This document shows, in pieces, positions 11,336 to 29,390 of a stretch of DNA of 64,000 nt. Source of the stretch: Psilocybe cubensis (lineage: Eukaryota); the NCBI GenBank assembly GCA_017499595.2, contig CM038998.1, forward strand, positions 1,178,001 to 1,242,000. Direction: 5' to 3'. Position numbers and translations under genes: made by a program. Each line of letters opens with the position of its first letter. The stretch's first letter is position 1. The notes under the pieces were generated by a model. It did not search any database, was not told where the DNA came from, and saw only the letters and a list, made by a program, of their open reading frames with translations.

Positions 11336-14300
11336 TCATGGATGCTGCTGTGCAACCTCAGGGAACAATGCTGCAAAGAGCTACACCAAAGATATGTCAG
11401 CAGTAAACATTAACCTGAACAAGGACTCTGCAAACCTCATCCATGATGGTGTAAGCAATATGCTGGTTTAGACGCCTGTTTTGGAGAACAGCAAAGATTC
11501 TGCGAGCACCGCGACGAGCGTTAGTCCTCCCAATCATATTGGCTGCAAGGTCTACGAAAAGTATAGAAGCAGGTGAGAAAATGAAAGATAGGTAGTGGTG
11601 TGAAGATATACCTGGTACCAATGAGGACAGTTTCCTATTGGCGTCATCTCTTGTCCGAATCTTCTCCTCTGTGGTACGTGGTGGACCCCAAGCTCGCAAT
11701 CTACCTCCAGGCCAGAGGCTATCCCGTAGCAAGTTAATATAGGACATTAATCGAGCTTCGCTAAGTAAGCCTTTGACAGTTTCACGAATTTTTCTAATAT
11801 CAATATCAGCTGAGCTGGGCTTGCTGATGAAGACTTGAAAACTATGCACCTTTCGATGGTCCCTCCAAGAACCTGCTGCAAAATAATCACGATAGCCTGC
11901 CTCCTCAACCAGTTATTCTTCTTATGCAATTCGAATACTGCCAAAATGAGATCACAAATAGGCGCCGAGAAGGTCGAGGTGCTCGTTTCTCCTTCCAAGG
12001 GCTTCAGATCGCCTGTCAACTTCAGCAAAGTCGCTTCAGATGCTGCTTTTCCCGAAGCATTTAACGCTTGTGCCACAAGATCCTCATCATTGATTCCCGA
12101 GCCGACAATCCCAGTGAATTCCGCAGCCTGGCGAGTAAGTCGCTGAATCATAACATCCAACATTGAAGGGCCAAAAAACATATCATCAATACTCTCGGCC
12201 ACTGAGCGGTACACATTGCGAACGAGATCAGTTCCGGAAAAGTGAGCGGAGCTTTTGGACGTCTGTTCTTGCAAAGGGACTGCCGCCGTCATGAAAGGAG
12301 AATCTCGCGACAGGAAAGCTCTGAGTTCGTGGCTTTCGCATACCACAGGTATAGCAATAACGCTCTGAATGGGTGAATAACCTATGAGCAACAATAACCA
12401 CGTAATTTCAATGGGCTTACCTGTAGATACTTTTCGAGTGCAACCCTACGAGTGTCCAAGAAACTGCCAGAGAGTGAAGTCACCAGTCGTTTTCCAGGAA
12501 AATCAAGGTTTTTCACCAGGATATATCTCTCCTTTAACTTGTTATGCATATTATGAAACTCATTATACCGCCTTGCGACGACCCACCCAGAAGCAAAACT
12601 TCCATCCAGGCCGAGCTGCTGCACCTCAACAAGATACCGCACAACCGATTTGCCGTCTTCCTCAGCAACAGTCGAATTAACAATGCTAACCCTAGTCCGA
12701 TCGGATATTAATCGGTTCGCAGACTCTTGTTGCTCGTACTGTTGTTTCTGGAAGTGAAGCTCCCGCAGCTCCCTGGTCATCGACGCCTTCGATTTCGTGA
12801 GCAACCTTAATTCTTGCGTATCGCCGGTGAGTTCAGCCTTCTTGATCAAAGTTTGTAGCATGGCATTTTGGGCTTCTAGGTTGGCGATATTTTCACCAAG
12901 TCTCGAAATCTCGTAAGAGAGTTGCAAATCGCCCGGTGCAGCCAACTGGAAAGATCCTGTTTCATCAAGTCCATCGTGCTCAACATCCTCCGGCTCCTCT
13001 TCAGGTTCGGGAGGGGCGTTATTCAAGATACTCGGTCTTTTAGGCCGGTCTGACTTTCTAACAGACTTGAACAGGGGCTCTGAATTCCGTTCGGCGAGCG
13101 AAGGTCGTTCAGAATTTTCTTGTTCCAGAGCCATGATATCCGTGAGAGCGGCATGAATCGCTTCCATCCTTTTCTCCTCTGCCCTCTGCATCTCATCTTC
13201 TGGGTCATCAAAAAGAGGAGCCCGTGATGGTTCATTAGAGGATTCGGCAACAGGAGACATCAAAACCTCAATATTTGAAGGTGTATGCGTGCTGGACACT
13301 TTTGACTGCCCTGACCGATTCGAAGTTGAGCTGATAGTCCTTTGCATACCAAATGGCGGTGATTCGCGCGTATGTGTTGCCTGTGAGATCGTATAGTGTT
13401 TAATCTGTGCAGATGGAATCGCAGGAGACCGATCTCCACGTGGAGTGTCCGATGGGGAGTCTTTCGCCTTAGCGAACGGATCTGGCTCTGATTTGTTGCT
13501 TAAAAAAGCCGAATCACCAATAGCTCTGAACCAGAGCTCGGACCTTTCAAAGTCTTCAAAGTCTTGTTCCATGTCCCGCTCTACTTGTCTTTGTGAAAGC
13601 AAAACGCTGCGGCGCACTCTCCTTTGTGACTGTACCGATGGATCAGGGTCAGAGACAAAATCGCGAATGATGTCGACGTGTTTCTTGGAGATAGATCCTA
13701 ATCCCGCCTGAGTTTTCCCGTCCAAAAAGTAAAGGTCGTTGATCATGGAAATATCCTCCTTTACAGTGGTGGAGGTAGATGGGTCCTGAATAATTTCTTC
13801 TTCCTCACCCGATGTATCAGAATCCACCGTCTCTAGCGGATTTTTGAAACTTTCGACTGTCAACCAAAACTGAACAGGTAATGAACGATGTCGGCGGTCC
13901 ATGAACTCCATGAAATATGAAAGAGAATTTGGATTTCGAAGGATGTCCCGCAAAGTAACGCTAGACTTTGTGCCATCATCTTGAATGGTATTTTGTCTCT
14001 ATTGGCCAATTTTAGAATACATTATACATATCATATAATTAACAGCACCAATTACTTACTGAGCTGTCCTCCCCACCAAGAACTACAATCCTTTCTTCCA
14101 CTTTGCGTTTTGCGGTATAAAGCCTGTCCAGGAAGGCCACTACATCTTCTGTCTTTTCCCCGTCAATCCAGTCATCCTTTTCGTGGTTTGCTACTGGTAG
14201 TGAGTGTAAAAGCCCTGCAGTGATATAATAAACACCTACCGAGTAGAACCCGTGTCCTTCTTATCTCCCCAACGATGTCGTTTTTGAGTCTACGAGCATC

Positions 14301-15501
14301 TAACAATGACGAACAATTGCTAATGCTGCGCAGAAATGATTCAAATTGTTTAGGGTTTGTCCGAATTGTTACTCGTTCGGTGTATCCCGACGCAGAAGCT
14401 GCAGGTGTTGATGTAGTTATTCTACTGCGTTGGCGGGGTAGTTGAGCTTCGAGGACGTTTCGAACCTTGGAGATAAGTTGCCTACAACTATCAGCGCCTG
14501 GTAAGAAAAAGCATGGAACAACATCTTACTGTTGGTGTATAGCAGCACCTGCCTAAAGAAGTTGTGAATAAAGACAGGGATGGATATATACATAAACGAG
14601 GATTACTTACCACTTGGTCAATCGTTCTATTCCAAAAGTCAGGATCTGATACCATTTCCATCACAGGAAATAAGACGGAGCATGTCACAATCTCTCGAAC
14701 GACAATTCTGAGACCCTTACTGCTGCGTTCTTTAGGTGGCAAGATATAAGGAAGAGCGCGGTCGACTAATTGTCTAATATGCATTTCCTCGGTTTGGCGA
14801 GTGAAGGTGGTGGAGAGATTTTCGACTGCTGGATGAAGTTTGATGCCTTTGCTAGCATACCGACTGGCTAAAAGAAGATCAAGTTCCTCTGACTGCGTGA
14901 GGCTTCGTTCAAGGCCAGCACCACGAAGAGCGACCTCGGACTGCCGGAACTGGTCAATGTGTGCAGTAACTTTGGGCAATATACGTTTGACGACTAGTGC
15001 AGATAAATCAATGTGGGATGCCCTACGATTGATTTGTTCTAAGGATGCATGTATCACAGAAGACACTGCTATTGGAAAGGCAGGCGAAGTGGACAGGTCC
15101 TTGTACCAGCTCGACACAAAATCTCTGATGACCTTGCTAACAATATCGTTCAGAGCGTCGGAAACTTCTAGTGAATCGGGATAGAGAGGTGATAGTGTCT
15201 TGGGTGTATTCTGGGACCACTGGGAGCGAGTAAGGACGGCCTCCCATGCTGCTGGCGTTGAGAAGGCGAATGGCCGAGCAGCCTTGTGTAGATGATTGTG
15301 GGAATGTGTGCGACGAGTATCTAGATACCACCCAAGATATACGTTGAGCAAGAGATAAACGATCGCTAGAGCAGAAAGCAAAAAAGGAGATATAAGCAAA
15401 AGAATAAATGGAGAGGATACGATGCGTGAAATAATGGGTAAAACTACGGCCAGTATGCCAACGAACACGACGATTCCGGTGCTCAGGAGGTTTTGTGGCA
15501 T
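11336..15501 (-). CDS. MDM1: PXA-RGS-PX-Nexin_C sorting nexin (Mdm1/SNX13-14 family) with N-terminal membrane anchor
   Basis: Hydrophobic N-terminus; PXA IRDFVSSWY...SDPDFWN; RGS YFMEFMD...FWLTVESFK; PX ARRYNEFHNMH...LEKYLQ; Nexin_C NWLRRQA, LQNRRLNQH. Confidence 0.9.
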
Positions 15502-15826
15502 GGCGCAGCGATGGTCGTTCAAAGCATTGGGGACAATGCTATGCTTTAGGACGCGGTCCTTTGAGCTCGTTGAGTAGTCTGACCACCAGAAGGTCTTAGC
15601 TGTTGTTCAGTACGTTGAACAGAACAGTGGGACCGCGTTCAAGCGTCGCGCCAGTTAGTGCCAAATCCGGCCCGATAACTCATCACGCGACTAACTCCGA
15701 GGCGTCCACATTTATCCTACCCCAAAAATACAACTTGCTCGTTGGAGTTCTACCAGGAGTACTACTCTTCTATCCTCTTTCTTCTCGGTCCTAGTCAGCG
15801 TCTAGGAGGACATACCGGTGGTGTGT

Positions 15827-17425
15827 ATGGCGGAGGCTCCTCCTAAGAAAGCCCGGTCTGTGTCGACAACTGAAGGTTTTATCTGCGGAGGCATTGCCGC
15901 ATGTTTGGCTGTAGGTCATTCCACAAGGCCAGAGTCTGTCTATGGTCTCGGCATTTAGTTTCAATGAAATTTGACCTCTTATCTCAAGGTTACTGTATCC
16001 AATCCGGCTGAGGTAGCCAAGACGCGTTTACAACTGCAGGGCGAGCTTTCTAAGGGAGGAGGAAAGAAGGTCTATAACAATGCTTTTGACGTCCTCGCGA
16101 AGACCTGGAAACACGAGGGCATTCGAGGTATTCAACGAGGCCTACCCCCTGCTGTGAGTTCTATTTGCCTTATTCTTTCTATTGTCCACGTTAACGTTCC
16201 TTGTTTGATTTTATACAGTATGCGTACCAAGTAAGATCGGTAATGCATTACCTTCCCTAAAACTAACGTCATACCTAGATTCTGCTAAATGGTTCACGGC
16301 TAGGTGAGCATATACAATTGTTCTTTTCCCTATGGCGATTCACATCATATTTTAGGATTCTATGAACCTTTCAGAAGAAGTCTGAACAGATTCATCGGAC
16401 GTCCAGCCGATGAACAAATTCCAATCACCTCCGTAATCGCAGGGGCCACGAGTGGTGCTGTGGGGGGTATGGAATATATCAATCTCGAGGTGTTCGCTTT
16501 GTCTAAATAATCTTATAGCTTCACTGGGTAATCCACTTTTCTTGATCAAGGCCCGCATGCAGGTAAGCATTAACTTCAATGTCTTGATTTCTTTCTTAAT
16601 TCTTAAAAGTTATTCGCTAGGCATATTCGCCTAGTTTACCTGTTGGTGCTCAACATAATTACAAGAATGCTTTTGATGCACTGGTTACCATATTCCGTGC
16701 GGAAGGTCCTAGAGGTTTGGTTCGAGGAATAGATGCTGCAATTTTACGGACATCAATGGGGTCATCTGTGTGTTCATATCTGTTTTGTAACGGATACAAT
16801 CATCTCATAAATACATGCTAGGTGCAACTTCCTAGTTATAATTTCACCAAGTCACAAATAGTGAAGCACAACATCCTGCCGGCGGATAGCACATGGACTT
16901 TTATACTTAGCAGCACCTTCTCAGGAGCGTGTGTTGTATGTACACAATTTTTTATAGAATTTGAAAATTCTCTAAATAGTTACTCTACAGTGCCTTGCTA
17001 TGCAACCCGCTGATACTGTAAGAATTTTTTTCTTAACCTTGTAAAGAACGCTCTAATGACGTTTTGCTATAGGCTTTGACTAGAATGTACAACCAACCCA
17101 CGGTGATTGGACCCGATGGAAAACTTAAAGGAACATTATATCGGAACCCTATAGACTGTCTATGGAAGACATTCAAAATAGAAGGCATCCGTGGGCTGTA
17201 TAAAGGTATTTAACATATACATACTGACACAACGACATCTAACCCCGATACTCTTAGGCTCGACAGCCCACTTTATGCGCATTGCTCCTCATACGTATGT
17301 CTTCCTTCTCTTGTTGTTGAATGTTTTCTGATACTTTATATTTCAGCATCATCACGCTGACGGCCAATGACATTATAGTTAATTTGTATACAGCCGCTAG
17401 AGACCGGGACTTAGAAGAGGGTTGA
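15827..17425 (+). CDS. OAC1: Mitochondrial carrier, oxaloacetate/sulfate carrier-like, many small exons
   Basis: Carrier signatures [52 protein letters not shown] and RIAPHT as in Oac1. Confidence 0.85.
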
Positions 17426-17742
17426 TGAAAATTATTGTAAATTCAGGATACAAAGTTAAATCCAATGATAGATAAAATATAACTTACATATCTTAGCCAA
17501 GTTTAAATCAACAACCTGCCATTGATACACCCTTGTTTGCTAATTGCTATTGGCATAACAAGTCATAACAGAATTTATTTAAACTTAAGGTTGTCGGTTA
17601 TGATTTGGAAAGTCTATGTTTACAAGCATTATGCATTACAACATGGCGACAGATCAGTAAAGATCAATGTAGATCAACACGAAATAAAGATACAGCACAT
17701 AGCAGACTGTTCGTCGGTTTCTCGTACCCCAATTACGTGACC

Positions 17743-20273
17743 CTAGATGTCTTTTGAGCTTCTCCTTTGCCTTTTCTTGGGCGAACTAGGTTTCTGCCCA
17801 TCTTCGTCATCCCTTTCCAGTGGTCGCTTGTTCTGAGGGGAGGGCCAGGTGATATCGCTCTCAAACCCATTTGACAGAGCTTCTTCAGTAATGGCTACTC
17901 CGGCAGAAACGTTCTCTAAATTCTTGAAAGCCCCGTCGACAAGCGATAACATGCATGAGTAGTCGCGGTCTGCGTTAATCAACGGGGAAGCTGCGACTAT
18001 GGGCAGACATTTGTAAGTCACATATGGCTTCAAGTGCAGGTAAATTTGCTTCAAAAGGTCCGCAAAAACTGGTCCGAAAAAAGGTGTGACTTCGCTGGCG
18101 TGCAAGAACTCGTCCTGGGTCCACATTTTTATCTTACTATAATATGATATAGAAGGATTCGACGCATCCCATTCCTGGAGGCAATTGGGGATGGGATAGA
18201 CTGCCTGGCTAAGATTTGAGTACCCGATGGTCACCCAGCACAGAGCATAAAACAATGATTCAATAGTGTCAAGGTGATCGTAGGATCCCTTCGGTGGCCT
18301 GGGCACTTGAAGATGGTCCTTCAGAGAGTTAAGAGGTAGGATCCCAAGACTTTCCTGAGAACCTTTGCTGTGGGTCACAGATCTTAAAAAATAATGCAAA
18401 AGAAAACATACCTGCTTATGGAACACACCTAAAATACTCGTCGAGCGGTTTAGCCAGTACGCAAGGTTCATTTCCACGGGCATGGGTAACCCAACTGGAC
18501 TTTTCTCAATTGGCAAAGAAATAGTAGATACTCGTCGCCAACGGTATTCAAATCCAAATCTCGAGACATTTTGATGCCCTGTTATAAAATTGACTATTAT
18601 TGAGCGTATGAAAATGGTAGATACAACTGATTACTCACATCTAAAGATATCACCGAGGTAAGATAGAAGTCCTTTTGGGGAACCAAAACCAGAGAGTTGG
18701 GCAGATGTGTCTTCGAAGGTTGTCCTAGTCAATACTCGGTCCCAAAACACATTTTCGTGAGGGCTTTCGATGGTCCCTTGTGTCTGCTCCAAATTTCTCA
18801 TCTTCGAAACCAATTCCTTTCGTTCGGTGGTGATACATGGTCCGAGAGGCACGAGCTGTTCTGCAGCTTCCAAGAACCCTTCCTCTGGAAAGCCACCCGT
18901 CGTGTACCAGGAGTCCCGAATAAAAATATGTTTTCCATTGGAATCCTTTGTTGACCATATGCTCGTTCCGCGACCTTGTAAACAGTGAGACCGAAATACT
19001 GGCCGAGTGTCCGTAAGCACATAACGCGTAGCTCTGCTTTCCGCGTCAACAGTTTTTAAATATCTTTTACCCTCCAAGCCCCAGTATACATTCTTATTAA
19101 ATCCAAGAGCACCAATATCGTAGCATGCGAGAGCTATGATCGTGCGGACAAACTCGACTGCATCCAAGGAGGTTTCTAAGACAGGACCGCAATGTACGCC
19201 ACTGCGGTCGAAGCTGTAGCACTGAAAATGTCCCGGGCCAAGCAAATGGAGACCATAAACGATTTCACGATTATCCTGAGCTAGAAAACATTGCCTAGTA
19301 TGAAGTTTATTAGCCGAGAAGCGTCGGTTAAGATTGGGCAAAGGGAGTACTACCAGGCAAAACGGTTCATCTGCCCTAGATGGTGGTTTTTGTCCACTGC
19401 TTTTTTGGAACGTAACGTTACCAGGATTGGGCTAATGCAATTGACATATGTCGACGATATTTGCCTTCCACTTCCTGCAGGCCGCAACGGGCTCAGACTA
19501 GGATCTAGTATAGCGATGTCAGGTATGAATTTGCATACTTGTTGAGCTGGAGTGGCATCTAAAGAGTTGCTATAAAAATCGCGATTGGTTTGAATCGTTC
19601 TTCGTTCAAATCCCCTGAAACGTTGCATGACCGCGGTAATCAAATTAATGAGAGGCGCATGGAGATCTTCCGCGGCCTTTGGGTGATTGGGCATTTCTAG
19701 CCATCTCTGGTTCCTATCGTCCCACAGTGGAGAACTAGACATAAAATCCCGAATTTCTGCACTAAATGCTGCAGAGTCACCAAAAGAATGCTTTGGGAAC
19801 CATTTGTTGTTTTGGAAAACATGATGTTCGATGTTTTTGTCCAGAATGGCCGATTCTTCCTGAAGCGCTCCAATGTCATAACTTGGTGTCCCACAGAAGC
19901 GAAAGTATCGGTTGGTCAAATCGCTGAAAGTTAGGAAGTGTTGTTGTTCGATGCTGTTCACATCACGTCCTCTAGACGTGTGTTTCTGAGGAGTTTTGCG
20001 GCGTCGCTTTTTCTTTACAGGAAGAGGTGCAATAACGATTCCGTTCAGCTCTAGCTTCAATACCGACTGGTCCCTTTCCTTGGAGGATTGACTACCACGA
20101 ACCATAGTCAATTCACGACACACCTGGATCTCCTCGTCCGAAAATCCTGTCTGTGATAGATAATAGTCTAGCCAACTTGACCTGGGCACTCTATCGTCTG
20201 GCTTGTTCTTGGCCTTTGAACGGGTCTTGGAAGACGATCCTGACTTGTTTTTAGACGGAGAGGTTTTATCCAT
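17743..20273 (-). CDS. FunK1 (fungal-type protein kinase) family member, probable pseudokinase, 3 introns
   Basis: FunK1 hallmarks QCFLAQDNR, FDRSG, LQGRGTSIW, DSW, R-rich 'RVLTR', DTIESLFYALCW; catalytic motifs degenerate (see findings). Confidence 0.75.
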
Positions 20274-21884
20274 GGTGGAGAGATACGCGAACGTGTTGTT
20301 GAAGTGAAAAGGAAGGCAGTCACCAAGGGTTTCAGGAATATAGAAACGTGAGTTCAAATCGAGTTCAGATAGAAGGGGTCATGTGAGCCATTGTGTTCAA
20401 AGCGAAGTGAACATCAATCGTATCATGGCACCGTATTCCAACGCGGTGTGCCCCTCGCCAATATATAAATCCACGTGACCGTGCTTGGTCGGCCTCCTTA
20501 AGTTCTTCGGTGTAGCCCAAAATCACAGGTACTCTCTCCGTACCTATGGTAAGGGTTGACTTGTATGAAGTATCTGAGACTTGTCCATCCCCATATTATT
20601 GGGTCTATTGAAAACTCAACTATTGGGGAAATAGTTGAATTGGGCACCAACAAAAAGTTAGTGGATCAAGATAAATAATTGAAGTGCATAACGGCGAACG
20701 AACCAGATATAGAACCTCATATTTAAGACAACTATCAGACTTGAGACTGCAATTAGAATAATTGGGCTCCGAAGACACGGTTGGCCTGGGAGCAGAAAGG
20801 TCCGTGGAAGTAGATTTCAGTTGCAATACTGCGTAGTCAATGCCAGCTGGATTTCACCTATGCCAGAGTACATGATTCAGGCTGGACTCAAGGCGCGGAA
20901 GGAATATTGCTATATTTTCCAAAGAGTCAGGAAACTGACATCACATTATCAGATTTTCCAAGTTGTTCGTCTGTTGACAATTCAGATTCCAGAATATATT
21001 GGCTTGCTCTATCCAGCTGAAAGTTCAGTGGAGGCAGAGAGGCTTCAGTCCTATTGATTTTATTTAGTCCCTTCAAGCTTTGTTGTAAATTATACTGAAA
21101 TGGGGATGAAGCGAAAACTCACTGAAAAAAGGCTCTTGAGGGCAGCAGAGTGTAATCAGAGTCTTCAAGGTCAACAATGGAAAAGATCGTGTTTTGAGGG
21201 ATATCCGGCACTTAAGGATGGTTTTGTTCTAAACGGGATTCGTCCACTCGGTGGTCGGGCATGCATAGTTCTCCTGCGCATTGACATTTAAGCAGAGTGG
21301 ACAGTGAGAGCCACTGGGGTGTGTGTAGATATTTCTTTGCGTGACAGAAAGAGGGTTTAGGTGTAAATGTTGTGTGTGACACTTGGTTCTTACACGAATG
21401 GCAATTAACGCCCTTCGAGCTTTTAAATTTCAGGTTCAAGCTAAGCCTATATAGTCTTTTCCTTCTGTTCTTGTCTTTTTTCTTTTTTTTTCTTCCTTAT
21501 TCTGCATGTTTTCTTACCTCCATAAACGCAAGCATCGGTTGACCAGAAGGCAGTAACTCTGATAAGACTATCAATCATACTATTCTCTCCAAACTGCGGC
21601 TACACTAGAAACGCGACCTTACGTATATCCACGATAGACCCGGGGAACAACTTTATCCATCAAATGGAATTCGCAAGATAGGACTGAAAATAACAGAGAT
21701 TTTCTCTTTCTACTCTGCCGCTTTCCGATAGTGTAGCGGCTTGATCAACCCTGGGTCAAACGCCCACGAAACAGTGATATGTTCAAGTTGAAGTGGAAAG
21801 GAAATAGTCAAATTTGATAAAGTAAGTGAGAATTAATGTAGGATTATAACGAATTAAATATGTCGGCCAGTGTAGGCCCTACTA

Positions 21885-23662
<1,778 letters not shown>

Positions 23663-24583
23663 AGTAGCAACAGAGTATGACACAAAACCAAGTGGGTATT
23701 CAACTCGTAAGAGTTTAGAGGATCGCCCAGAAACAATGAAATAGCATTTATATACCTAGGAAATGGCTTCTAGTCCAGTTCATGATACGATCGGGAGGTT
23801 GACGGTGACGGTAGGCATCCCGATCCATCCAAAATAAACATGGAACCGATTATCAGGCATGATATCCCAGAATAACGCGCCAGGAAGCTAGTATATTCTG
23901 TTAAACGGGTACGCGACGGACATCCGAAACGCCTACGCAGTAGGCAGACTTCTCGTTTGTTTGTCATATCAAAAGACCAGTCAAAGTTAATCTCTCGAAT
24001 ATATCACACCTTGTGGTGTTATAGTCATTTCAAGAGTTCAATAGATCCTGCTAACCCCCTTTCAGGAGCGTGGCATGCGGAAGGAACTAGTAGTATTGCC
24101 ACTGATCCATCACTGATCAACCATGGTTGACGTGACTTTGGTAAGCTAAGTTGCCAGTAAAGGTCGAGCTCAGGCCACTTTCCCGAATCTTTATTAAAGA
24201 TGTGCGCTGAATATGTCAGTTGGCTTGTAGAAGACAATGAAAGTGAGCAAAGCAATTGAAGTGAGTTGGATCTTGGTCGGATCCAAGATATCAGTTCAGA
24301 GCTGACGCTTGACCGACGCCTGACTGATTAAATTCCTTCTTTCTCACGAGTTTGATCTAGGTTGAATGCGTTCACTGAACGGGCGCTCAGGCGCTGAAAG
24401 GAAAGACAGAATCGAACGCTCAATTTAGGTTGTGAAATCCAATAGCGCGTCATGTTAAGTGTATTTCGTGTAATAAACATGGGTCAGGGTATTAAATATG
24501 GATCCAAGATTGAATGGGTTAAGAAATTCGTCACGGATAATCATAAAGCTAATCAAGAAAAAAATTAACAAGGAAGTTATACC

Positions 24584-26380
<1,797 letters not shown>

Positions 26381-27573
26381 AGGCTGAGTGAAGGGGCTGC
26401 AATATGGATCAGGTTGTTACCTACCACTTTTATACCAGCATCAGTTTACCCTACAGTTCCAGTAAGAAGCCAATGAGCTGATGCGAACAGAATGAAATCA
26501 AGAACTCCAAGAATAGCTTCCAAAGTCGCGTGGATGAGGGATGCATGGCGCGCCACTGTAGTCATTCTGCCTTTTGGCGTTAACGCTCGAGTGTTTGAGT
26601 ACTTCTGCCGAGGTTCATATCGGAGGATGCATCCCTTTGCGTACTGCATACGTGTCAATACACTCGTAGTACAAAGACCAGCAGTTTGCATTGTTCGAAG
26701 CATGATGTCCACGATACATGTAAGGAAGACATGTCCAATGAAGGGACAAACATGAACCTGGTATTGGCCGTAGTGACCACCAATAAGAGAAGCTGAGACA
26801 AAAGGCTGGCGGTTGTTGTAAGAGCAGACAAGACAGTTAGGTGCTGCATATGCTTCTAAAATGGTGTTCTGATATAGGCAAAGTGAATGGATCCAGTTAA
26901 CTTTGTAAGGGAAGAGTCTAACATCCGTCTAATGTCCTTTCTTTACACGTGGGTAGCCAGCCGAGCCGTTCGAAAAGTATTCATAGGAATACACATTACT
27001 GCAAGTATATAGTAATGATATAAGGTGGATGTCGAGTAAAGGTCGAGTGCTTGTTTTAGTATTTTTATCTCTTCGATCCGGTAACCAAGCGCGCTGAGAG
27101 AGGTAATCCTTTGTGGAAACATTGAGGTGTCGTCTGAGTCAGAGCTCACTCGGGCCATCCGCGTTGTATGGGAAGTATGGTCATTCGATAGGTCATAGGT
27201 GTCTGAACAAATGCCAATTCATATGAAGCTAGAAGTAAGTCCGGAACAAGATGCTTGCGATATTTTTGAAAGCTATGTTCCAAAAATGCGTGCGGACTGT
27301 CGATGGGTAGTCCCGCGAAAATCTCGGACTTATTAACTTGACAATAGGAATGTGACCGTGGTTCGTTCAGGCGTAACTTGTAAGTGTGCGTCGTCGCTGT
27401 GTTCATCAACGAACGGCGCTCGTTGTTCGCGTTGGACGGTAAGCAAGATATGGTTGAAGTTGCAACGAGCACAGGAATTTACACGGAAATAGACTGCACG
27501 GCAATGGCCGAGCCCAAAAGCCCACCACCCCACCTCGTTGCGACGGCTTTGCAACTCTCGACTACATACCACC

Positions 27574-29102
27574 ATGGCCATCGATACCCTTCGTCAACGT
27601 TATGACACCGCTGGCCAAGGCCACCTCTTCAAGTTCTGGTCAAAACTCTCTGCCGCTCAACAGGATGAATTAAAGGCCCAGTTGGAGTGCCTCAATATCG
27701 AGCGTGTTAACCGTATCTATTCCAAAGCGGTCACTTCTGAGGCGGAAGCCCTCAACCCAACCACAACTGTTGATCCTATTCAACCTTTACCCAAAGGCGC
27801 GTCCGAATCTGTTAGCGATCCTGCTAAAGTCAAGGAATGGCGAGAGCGCGGATTGAAGGCTATTTCTGAAGGGCAGGTCGGCGTGCTGCTCATGGCGGGC
27901 GGTCAGGGGACTAGACTGGGAAGCAGTGCCCCTAAAGGATGCTATGATATTGGCCTTCCTTCTCACAAATCGCTTTTCCAATACCAAGCAGAACGGATTG
28001 CCCGTTTACAGACTCTAGCAGAATCTGAATTCTCCAAACCTGCCGGATCGGTTATCATCCCATGGTACGTCATGACCAGCGGGCCGACGCGTCGCGACAC
28101 TGAGGACTTCTTCAAAACCAATGGCCACTTTGGTTTGGACCCTAAGAATGTGGTATTCTTCGAGCAAGGTGTGTTCCAAATTCACAAGTCAAAAGAAATA
28201 TAGCTAATATGCGGACAGGAACCCTTCCTTGCCTTACTATGGAGGGCAAAGTCATCCTTGAAACCCCTTCCAAAGTCGCTGTTGCACCAGACGGCAATGG
28301 CGGTCTTTACGCTGCCACGCGCTCCCCCCTGTCTCCCGGAAAGACCGACACTGTGCTTTCCGATCTTGCGAAGCGTAAAATTCTCTACGTGCATGCATAC
28401 TGCGTCGACAACTGCCTTGTTCGCGTGGCTGACCCTGTTTTCCTCGGGTACAGCATCAACAAGCAAGCCGATTGTGCCGCGAAAGTTGTTCCCAAAACCC
28501 ACCCTACAGAATCCGTCGGCGTCGTTGCATGCCGTGGCAATAAATTCAGCGTTGTGGAGTACTCCGAAATATCGAAGGAACAATCTGAGCGTCGCGATCC
28601 CGAAACGGGAGAGTTAACTTTCCGCGCTGGAAACATTGCGAATCACTTCTACACCACCGCATACCTGAACAAGGTGGAATCATTCGAAGAGGATTTGGCA
28701 TTCCACATTGCCCGCAAGAAGATCCCCTACGTGGATTTGGAGACAGGGGAAACTATTAAACCGAATAAGCCTAATGGCATGAAGCTCGAGATGTTTGTCT
28801 TCGACGTCTTTCCTTACACCGAGCGTTTCGCCGTGTTGGAAGTGGACAGGAAGGAGGAATTTAGCCCTCTAAAAAATGCACCTGGAACTGGTTCAGATGA
28901 CCCGGAAACCAGTCGTCGCGACCTTTTGGCCCAGCACAAGCGATTCCTGGAAAACGCTGGAGCCAAGGTTGCTGAAGGTGTTGAGATTGAAATTTCACCA
29001 CTGGTGAGCTACGCCGGCGAGGGACTGGAAAGTATCAAAGGCAAAACTTTTCAAAAATCAGGGCCAGTTGCAGCTGTCGAGGAACTGGAAGTGTTGGCAT
29101 AG
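27574..29102 (+). CDS. UAP1: UDP-N-acetylglucosamine pyrophosphorylase, one intron
   Basis: LMAGGQGTRLGSSAPKG, PWYVMTS, APDGNGGLY, KLEMFVFDVF, EFSPLKN. Confidence 0.96.
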
Positions 29103-29390
29103 GCTTTTATGGCTGCAATGCCAAAGGGACCCTCATAGGACTTTAAGGTTTCGGACAAGGACAGAACTGTATAGATAGTAATCGTGGACTTCTGCATTTT
29201 TACCTTAGTTACATACATCCCTCCGGACTTAATTCATTGGACGCTTGAAAGCCAGCAAAGAAAAACTTACGCCTTTTCTGATCATGGAACACTGAAATTC
29301 AAAGGGATGAGGCCATAGTCCAGGAATAGAGGATAGTAAATATCCATTTGTTGCTTTATGGTAAAGACAGCGACGGCAGTAGCCTAGTCC

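Noticed and set aside
20300-21500. Short ORFs in the FunK1-glucanase gap
   Set aside because: No coding signatures or transposase motifs visible.
24357-24428. Imperfect hairpin between the glucanase genes
   Set aside because: Short with mismatches and gaps; no tRNA arms or TSD.
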